From Neocallimastix sp. 'constans' (lineage: Eukaryota): a stretch of DNA of 38,061 nt. Below the pieces are notes generated by a model. That model searched no databases and was not told where the DNA came from. It was given only the letters and a program-made list of their open reading frames with translations. Where the stretch lies: assembly GCA_050613775.1 (NCBI GenBank), contig JBODTK010000103.1, positions 558,001 through 596,061 on the forward strand. The letters run 5' to 3'. Both the position numbers and the translations under genes were made by a program. Shown here piece by piece: positions 1 to 9,200 of the stretch; position 1 is the first letter of the stretch, and each line of letters starts with the position of its first letter.

Positions 1-489
1 AATATAAAATATTTATATCATGGTGCAAACTACTCCAATACCCACTAAACTTAAAATAGTATTATCTCTTTTAGGCTATTATCTTAATTAGTCAAGCCAC
101 TCCTTTAGGAATAATTTTTTTCAATCCACTCCATTGGATACTATTAAATCACACACATGCCACTCTATATATATTCTCTATCTATTTATTTATTCATAAA
201 GACAAGCCACTCCTTTAAGGAATTATTTTCAACTCTTATATATTACATACCTCGAATTTGATATCTTATTATTCTAACCTATTATTTGTTTCATTACTTG
301 AACTAAATAAGCCTCTTTTAATTAACAATCTCCTTCAGTATTCTCTACCCTATTATATATTAATTATTAGAATTATCCTTATTTTATTAAGCCATTATAA
401 GCTACAACTTTTAAATATGATTTTTACAATTTAAATTTTTAATATAATTAAAAAAAAAATTTCATTATCACAAGATAGATTTAAATAAA

Positions 490-715
490 TAAAAGGAATG
501 AAAAATAGTTATAAAAAGGGTGATTAGTTTTAATACGATATCTCAACTTTCGTAAACTGGATCCGCATTTCTTAGGGCCTTTGAAAGTGGTAAAATTAGA
601 GTTTAACATGATTACTCTAGTTGACCCATTAACAAGTGAAATGACGGATAGGAGTGTTCAAAAAAAAAAAAACTGCAATTCCTATTATACTATCCCAACT
701 TCAAGGGACAAAGAT
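490..715 (+). pseudogene. Decayed 3' end of a Ty3/gypsy integrase (GPY/F region)
   Basis: From 551 the + strand reads RKLDPHFLGPLKVVKLEFNMITLVDPLTSEMTDRSV. It is preceded by a frameshifted KKGD(L)VLIRY and followed by AIPYY after an A-run. This resembles the 'GDxVL...KL.P.F.GP..V' integrase C-terminal motif. A purine-rich AAGGGACAAAGA followed by TG lies near 703-716. Confidence 0.6.
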
Positions 716-834
716 GATTCTTAGTGACAGAGATCTTTTTACAAAGCAAGATTTTATATTAAAAAGTATTATTTATATTATTTTTAAAATTTAATTTCCT
801 TTTTTTTTTTTTTTTTTATTTTTTTATTTATTTT

Positions 835-1093
835 TGTTTATAAAATATTTTATTGATTAAAGTTTATTTATTTTAATATGAGTAATTACTTGATTTTTAA
901 AATTTATGAGATTACATTTGTATTTATACTATTTGTGGCTAAATAAAAATATAACGAGAAATTATTACATAATATATTTCATTGTATTAGCTTAACAACG
1001 AGTTCGTTGTATTATAAAAATATCTTTTAATTTATTTAATACACATAAATTATTTTAATATAAATTTAATATATTTTTCTTTGTATTCTAACA
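835..1093 (-). repeat. Copia 3' LTR (259 bp)
   Basis: TGTTTATAAA...TTCTAACA, direct repeat of 13023-13281. The pol stop codon (1088-1090) lies just inside it. Confidence 0.95.
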
Positions 1094-4000
1094 TTCCCCC
1101 TTAGACCAGAATGTTTGCTTGTCAAAGATTTGGTTTGTAAACTTAGTCATTTTTGGTCCATTAAAATCTTTTGTTAATGGATCGGCCAACATCCTTTCGG
1201 TATTGATGTATTCTAATTTTATTCTGTTATTTTTGATATTATCTTTATTGAAGTATAATTTTATTTCTATATGTTTTAATTTATTGTTGAGTTCACCGTT
1301 TTCTATTGTCGTTTTACTTGCTAAGTTATCAGTGAATATTTTTATTGGTTTTTTAATGTTGAATATTTCATATAAAATATTTCGGATCCATAAAACCTTT
1401 TTAGTACATTCAGCGGTAGCAATGTATTCAGCTTCCGCGGTAGATGTGGCAACTACTGTTTGTTTCTTGGATTGCCAACATATTGGATCATTATTCATTG
1501 ATATTATATACCCCGAAGTAGATTTCCTATCTTTTGGGTCACCAGCGTAGTCAGCATCAGTATATGCCATAATTTCCCCCTGTCCTTTATATTTAATTTT
1601 GTAGTATTTAGTATAATTTAAGTATTTTAATATATTTATTACCATTTTCCAATCAGCTATGGTAGGATTCTCAGAATTTCTAGCAATCTTTCCTACAGCG
1701 TAAGTAATATCTGGACGGGTACACCTGGCTAGATAGATTAACGATCCAATTGCACTTTTAAATGTTGTTTTATCGAATGGTTCATTATTCTTTGCTGAAT
1801 TTGAGATGCTTGAACAAAGCGTTTTTGACTTTCTTATATTTTTAACTTTGAATTTTTGTAATATATCATTTATTAATTGAATTTGAGAAATTACGTAGCT
1901 TGTATTTTCCTTTTCAATATTAATTCCTAAAATATAATCCGCTTCACTGCATTTTGAAACTTTAAAGTTTTTCTTAATTCTTTTAATAATTTTATTTATA
2001 TAGTATTTTATTCCTGTTATTAATAAGTCATCCACGTAAACTCCAATAATACAGACAGCTCTTCCTCCCTCCATTTTAACAAAAATACATGGTTCAGATG
2101 TCAATTGAGTGAAACCATTATTTTTGAGAAAGTTTGTGAAGTGGATGTGCCATTGGCGACCTGACTGTTTTAATCCGTATAAAGCTTTTCTAAGAAGCCA
2201 ATAACCTTTACCAAAATTCTTGTCACCAGGGGGGATATTAACATAAATATCCTTATCCAACGGAGCATTAAGATAGGCAGCTTTAATATCAAGCTGCATT
2301 AGATCCCAATTGAATTTTGAAGCAAGCGCAATTATAAGTTTTAGACTATCTAAACTAAGGGTAGGAGAATATGTTAAGTTATAATCAATTCCCTTTCTCT
2401 GGGTGAAACCACGAGCAACCAGACGAGCCTTGTATTTTGAGATATTACCATTACCGTCCTTTTTTAGAGTATAGACCCACTTAGTAGTTATGGGTTTAAC
2501 ATCAGGAGGAAGCGATTTAACAAAAATCATGATTCGGTTGTCATAGAAGTTTTGTAATTCGGAATTCATAGCTTCTATCCACCGGATTTTATCTGAACGT
2601 GTGATGGCTTGTTTATATGAAAGAGGTGTTTCAGTAATACATCTTTTAGAAGTTTCAACATTGTCGAGGGAGATCTTGTACTTTTTGTTACTGTTGGATT
2701 GAATAGGGTTTCCAGGTCTTTTATGCGATTCATTCATGGATGGTCTTAATTTCTTACTCTCTGGATGTTCGGAATGAATCAATTTATGTTTAAGGGGAAC
2801 AGTGTTTAATATTTCATTGTTTAAGTTAATCTTCTTTTTGGTAGGTGAAATATTACAAGTTGATGACTTTCTTTTAGTGGATGGATTAAATTTTATTTTA
2901 TCCTTTTCTAAAGAAATGTCCCCAGAGAAATTTGATTCATCATTTGAAACACTAATAGATTGGAAATCTGAAGCGAGATCATCAATGGATTCAATTTTTT
3001 CATCATTTAGATAATTGTCTTCAGGTTCCTTACCTTTAGCAGAGTTATTATTCTCATCTTTCTTGTTGTTAGTAATAGGAGTATTTATAATTTTATTAAT
3101 ATTATTGTTATTAATAGATGAAACAGGTGAATCAATTTCTGATTCCTTACCTTTTCTTGATGAAGAATTATTTTCTTTGGATTCTGTATTTTCTTCATTA
3201 GATTCTTCATTAGATTCTTCATTAGATTCTTCATTGTATATCAATTTTCCAGAATCATCGTATGTATTTTCATTTTCGTTAGAGTTGATAATTGGTAATT
3301 CGTAAATATAATTGTCGTTATTGAAAATGTTTGTTGGTAATTTATTGTTGCGTATCTTGGTTGATAAATTTGATGGAGTTTCTTCATCAAATACTGCTTC
3401 TCTTACTAAGTGAATACTGTAGTCCTTTGAATCCATAATTATATAGCAATTGGATTCAATGCTTATTCCTAAAAATACGCCTTTTTTACTGTTGCTATCA
3501 AATTTCATTTTTCCTTGTGAAAAATCTTTATAGTAGGCATCACAACCAAAAACTTTAATATATTTAAGACTGATCTTTTTGTTATAATAGATTTCATTTG
3601 GAATTTTATTTCCAATTCCTTTATGTGGAGTTATGTTATAAAGTAAATTTGCATATTTGATAGCGTAATCCCAAAACTCACTAGACATTTTGCTCCACTG
3701 AATTAAAGTTTTTGTACAACTTACAATGGTGTAGTTGAATCGTTCAGCAATCCCGTTGTTTTGAGGATTGTATGGTGGTGAAAATGTTTTTATTATACCG
3801 TGTTCCTTGCAGTAGTTTAGTACCTTTTTATTGTTATATTCAGTATCTTGATCCGAACGAAAAGTTTTAATATTATAATAGAATTGATTATTTAAGTAAG
3901 TAAAGAAATTTATAATTGTTCTTGGAACTTCTGATTTGTTTTCCAAGAGGAAGATCCAACTTTTGCGAGTATATTCGTCAATAAAAGTAAGAACATACCT

Positions 4001-4643
4001 TTTCCCTGAGTATGATTTTGAAATAGGACCGATAACATCAGAATGGATTACATCTAGTGGATGCTTTGCCTTTGGAGTGTCTCCATTATGGGGTTTCCTA
4101 TTTAATTTGGCAATTTTACAATTTAAGCATTCATTAATTTTGACATTGTGGAGTTTTAGATATTTAGTTAAATTGACTTGATAAAAATGTCCAAGTCTTC
4201 TATGCCATAGCATTTTAGACTGGTCATTTATGTCCATTGTTTCTTCAGGTGAAACGATGTCAATACAATTCTTTAAATTCGATTTATTCTTCGTAAGTAT
4301 ATGAATTGTATTGTTTTTATTAGCTTTAAATGTGCCTATGTTAATTGTTCTTTTGTTTTCAAGTGTGGTTTTTAAAGTGAGAAAAACTTTGTCTCTTCTG
4401 GATTTAATGTTACATTTTAATCCATTCTTCGCAAGTTTAATTCCACTCAGAAGATTCTTGTTAACTTGTTTAGAATAGAGGAAAATTTCGAATTTTATGT
4501 TGTAACCATTAATACTTCCTTCATAGGTACCAACCCCGTCAAACTCACAGATTGAATTATTTGCACACTGCATAGAGATCTTTTCTTCTCTAAAGTTTGA
4601 GAAGATATCTTTGTTATTGGTAATGTGCTCTGAAGCACCAGTA
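1088..4643 (-). CDS. Copia Pol (C-terminal protease half, GAG-pre-integrase, integrase, RT, RNase H), cut off from gag by the gypsy insertion
   Basis: Open from TGASEHI (~4642) into the 1161-aa ORF. Motifs: LWHRRLGH...CLNC, HSDVIGP, FIDEYTR, NGIAER (IN); KARLVARGF, QLDIKAAYL, LYGLKQS, YVDDLL (RT); YTDADYAGD, STAEAEY, LADPLTK (RH). Confidence 0.95.
1094..1103 (-). promoter_or_regulatory. Copia polypurine tract
   Basis: Minus strand TAAGGGGGAA directly abuts the 3' LTR. Confidence 0.9.
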
Positions 4644-5411
4644 TGTAAAGATTTAATAAAATCTTTAATAAATTAATTATTACATAATTAATTAATGTAA
4701 TAAAATTACATAAATTTATGATTTACATATATGAAAATTAATTATAAATTTATGTAAACTTTTCATAAAGGAAAAATTATTATTTAAATAATTTTGGATA
4801 ATAACTTAAATCTAAATAATTTATTTAAGTTAGTTAATTTAGTTTAGTTTATTTAAAATAGTTATTCTATTTAACTTAGTTAATTTAGTTTAGTTAGTTT
4901 AAAATACTTTAAAATTAATTTCGGAATAGTTTTAAATAGTTAAAATTAGTTTAAATAGTTTACAAAAATAGTTTTGAATTGTAAATATATAAACATTAGT
5001 ATTAATAATATTTATATAATAAATATATAATAAATGAGTTGTTATTGAATTTAATTATTATTGTAAATAAGTTGAAAGTTTATTAAATTAATTATTGTTT
5101 AGTTTAGTTAATTATTATTTAATAAAATTATTAATAAATATTTTGTTTATAACTAAATAGTAATATATGTAAATTAGATAGAAATAATATATTATAATGT
5201 AATAATGAAAAAATATAAATACATGTAAATTTCTATAATTAAATCGATGTATTAGTTATTGACTATATGATAGTTAATAACAAAAAAGAGATTTAATTTT
5301 TTTAATTAATAAAGATTATTTTATTTAAAAAAACGAATTTTTATTACGTGTTTTTTTATTTTTGTGTTAAAATTTGTTATTTGTAATCTGTTTCTGATAG
5401 AACTTTTTACA
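4644..5411 (+). repeat. Gypsy 5' LTR (768 bp)
   Basis: TGTAAAGA...TTTTACA, direct repeat of 11114-11881. Confidence 0.97.
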
Positions 5412-5422
5412 ATAACTAATAC
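5412..5422 (+). promoter_or_regulatory. Self-priming primer-binding site
   Basis: ATAACTAATAC abuts the LTR end, lacks the TGG of tRNA-CCA PBSs, and is the exact reverse complement of GTATTAGTTAT at 5249-5259. Confidence 0.85.
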
Positions 5423-5460
5423 CTTTTAAATAAAAAGAAACACGTTACAAATAATAAAAC

Positions 5461-5879
5461 TTTCTACTGATTTAGGACTCTACTTTAGGACTCTACTTTC
5501 TACTGATTTAGGACTCTACTTTAGGACTCTACTTTCTACTGATTTAGGACTCTACTTTAGGACTCTACTTTCTACTGATTTAGGTCTCTACTTTAGGACT
5601 CTACTTTCTACTGATTTAGGACTCTACTTTAGGACTCTACTTTCTACTGATTTAGGACTCTACTTTAGGACTCTACTTTCTACTGATTTAGGACTATACT
5701 TTAGGACTCTACTTTCTACTGATTTAGGACTCTACTTTAGGACTCTACTTTCTACTGATTTAGGACTCTACTTTAGGACTCTACTTTCTACTGATTTAGG
5801 ACTCTACTTTAGGACTCTACTTTCTACTGATTTAGGACTCTACTTTAGGACTCTACTTTCTACTGATTTAGGACTCTAT
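5461..5879 (+). repeat. 36-bp tandem array (~11.6 copies) in the gypsy 5' leader
   Basis: Unit TTTCTACTGA-TTTAGGACTCTAC-TTTAGGACTCTAC with exact 36-nt period. Only two internal variants (5585, 5696). A degenerate copy lies near 5931-5949. Confidence 0.97.
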
Positions 5880-6109
5880 AATTTTGACTTTTAACATAGA
5901 TTTTTATTGCTCTTAAGCATTGTTAACCCTTACTGATTTTGGACTCTTATTATTGTTGCTATTCAGGTTGAAATATTAATAATAGTTATATTATTCTATA
6001 TTTTCTTCGTTTACTCGTTCGACACCTTTTCAAGTGGATAGAGTCTGAACGACTTTACGATATTAAATATAGACATATTAATAACTTGTATAATTAATAA
6101 TAAGAGATC

Positions 6110-6141
<32 letters not shown>

Positions 6142-6219
6142 AATTATTAACGTCACTTTAACATTAACAATCTGGAAGAACTAAATCGCATATTTCAAAA
6201 CCTTAATCTTGATGATAAC

Positions 6220-9200
6220 ATGGAGGGTCAACAACCAAACCAACTACCGATTCATCCTGCTACTCAACTGAAAATTATTAACGATCCACCGTTATTTTCT
6301 GGATCTACAAAGGATCTTGATGGTTTTTTAACTCGAGTGGAATTGGCAATTGAGGTGAATCCTCATAGATTCCCCGATGATAGGAGAAGAGTAATGTTTG
6401 TAATCTCCTATTTAACAGGAAAAGCTTTAAATTGGGCTTCATGCCTTAGAAGGAATAACAATCCTGTCTTAGGAAATTATGGAAATTTTATTGCTGAACT
6501 TCGTAGAAATTTCGGAGACCCTGATGTAGAAGCTGTTATTGCTAACGGAAAATTGTGTAACATACGCCAATTTAAATATGGACATGTTGTAGAGTATATC
6601 TCCGAGTTCCAAAAAATAAGTCAATACTCCGACTTTAATGAACCGGCCAAGATATACATGTTCATAAAAGGTCTCCATTATAAGATGAGAGAAAAACTTG
6701 CTATTGTTAATCCAAACCCAGACAATTTGGAAAACTTATTTAGAGAGGCCGTAACGATTGAAAATCTAACAAAAAGAAACGATCTTAGAGAATATTATCT
6801 TACTCATCAGGACAGACGGAACTACAACCAAAATGACCCCATGGATGTCGATCTTTACCGAATTAAAAAGGGTCAAACTGCTACTAGATACTTTCCCTCT
6901 CACAGAAAAAATTACAATGAGCAAAATAACCCTTTTAGGGAAGAACGAAAAAGAAAGGGCTTATGCTTCGTTTGTGGTAAGGCTGGGCATTTACAGTTTA
7001 ATTGCCCTAACAAGAAAAGACCAAAAAATATAAAACTCATCAATAGAGCATCTGATACAGAAGCAGCTTCAACTTCTTCCTCTGCGCCGACTTCTTCTGT
7101 CAGACGAATTAAAAAGATTTGTGAAAATGAAAATGTTTACAGAATTCTTGATATTGTTGAAAAAGAAAATATGTTCTTTAAAGGTAAAACAAATATCCTT
7201 GATTTCTACATTAAAACCAACAATTCCGAAGAAACTAAAGTGAAGGTTCTTATTGACTCAGGTTCTGACATTAACTGCATGCATCCTGAATTTGCTAGGG
7301 TTAATAAAATCAATTTGATCAATGCTGATAATTCCTTTAAAGTTGCTGGTCTTGGTTATGGTTTATCTACTGTTAAGAAAATGACAGAAAAATGTATCCT
7401 CCGTTTTAAGAATCACTTGGAAGTTATTCAATTATACGCCCTTCGTATCCCCGATGTAGATATCATTTTAGGACTCCCTTGGATTGAAAAACATTGCCCT
7501 ATTAACTACCATGATTCAAAGAAAATCTCTTTCAGTTCAGGATACTGTGCTCGACACTGTAATGTAGGGAAAAGAAATAGAAAAAATAAGAATAAAAAGA
7601 AGTTAAATAAAATTTCTACTAAAGGAAAGGAACCATATGAAGAACTTTCCGTAACAAAGGAAAAAAATAATCCTAAGCGTAAGTATTCCTTCGAATCTGA
7701 TTCCGATATGGATTCTGATGAAGAAATTACGATTAGAGGTCGTCGTACTCGTATTAAAACTTGTAGTGAAAAAGAAGAACTTAATGATGTAAAAAATTTT
7801 TGTATAATTAATTATGATAGTGATGTAAATGATAGTTTTATGTTTGATAATGATGATGAAATTTATGAATTTAGTGATAGTAATAATATTAATTTAGATG
7901 AATTAAATAAAATTTGTAAAATTGATATTTTATGTAATAATGTAACAAAAAATTGTAATCATAATGATAATTTTAATAAAGATGAAAATAAAAAGTATAT
8001 TTCTAAAAAGTGTTCTGTGAAAAATTTGTGTTGTATCTGTAATTGTTTAAAAATTAGTAATTTTGAGAATAAATTAAATCAAAAAATTATAGGAATACCT
8101 CCTATTTATAACAATTACGCAGAAGTATTCAATGAAAGAAATTGCAACGTACTCCCTCCACATCGTGAATATGATTGTGAAATAAGAATAAAGGATAATT
8201 CAAATTTATTTTATGGTCCAATATATCCCTTAACTGAGGCAGAACGAGATGAACTAAAAAAGTATATAAAAGAAAATTTAGAAAAGGGATTCATTAGGAA
8301 ATCCAAATCACCCGCTGGTGCACCTGTATTATTTGTTAAAAAGAAAGATGGTTCATTGAGATTATGTGTTGATTATAGAAAATTGAATGAAATGACCATC
8401 CGTAATTCTTATCCTCTTCCTTTAATAAGTGAATTATTAGATAGAGTTAAAGGTGCAAAATATTTTACCAAGTTGGACTTAAAGTCTGCCTACAATTTAG
8501 TAAGAATTAAAGAAGGTGATGAGTACAAGACTGCATTTCGTACTAGATATGGTCATTTTGAATATTTAGTTATGCCTTTTGGCTTAAAAAATGCTCCAGC
8601 CACCTTCCAGCATTTTATAAATGATGTTCTTAGCGATTACTTAGATGATTTTGTTATTTCTTACATTGATGATATATTAATTTATTCGAATAGTTTAGAG
8701 GAACATCATGAACACGTTAAAAAGGTGCTTAAAAAATTATTAGAAAATAACTTGTACATTAAATTAGAGAAATGTGAATTCGATGTTACTGAAACCACTT
8801 TCCTTGGTTACATTTTATCAAAAGATGGTTTGAAAGTTGATCCTGAAAAGGTTAAAGCTATCCTAGATTGGCCTGTTCCTTCTAATGTAAAGGAAATACA
8901 ATCATTTATTGGATTATGTAATTATTATAGAATTTTTATCAAGGATTTTGCTAAGATTGCGCGGCCCTTACATAAACTTACCAGGAAAAATGTTCCATTT
9001 CTCTGGGGTTCTGATCAACAAAAATCCTTTGATAAATTAAAAGAACTTTTTACTTCTGCTCCAATTTTAAGAAATCCTGATAGTAACAAACCTTTCATTG
9101 TGGAAACTGATGCTTCTAATTTCGCTGTTGGAGCTATACTTTCCCAAGAATTTGATGGTCAGTTACACCCAATTGCTTTTATTTCTACCAGTCTAACCAA

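Noticed and set aside
93..232. Direct repeat CAAGCCACTCCTTTA(A)GGAAT at 93 and 203
   Set aside because: Only two copies at the window edge; probably part of a decayed TE and cannot be interpreted.
3190..3235. 12-bp tandem repeat encoding (EESN)n in copia Pol
   Set aside because: Ordinary in-frame slippage in the variable IN-RT linker.
1119..4181. Plus-strand ORFs 1119-1550, 2802-3014, 3015-3305, 3936-4181
   Set aside because: Antisense shadows of copia pol with no recognisable motifs.
5461..5879. CRISPR array (36-bp repeat length)
   Set aside because: Units are head-to-tail with no unique spacers, there are no cas genes, and the context is a eukaryotic retrotransposon leader.
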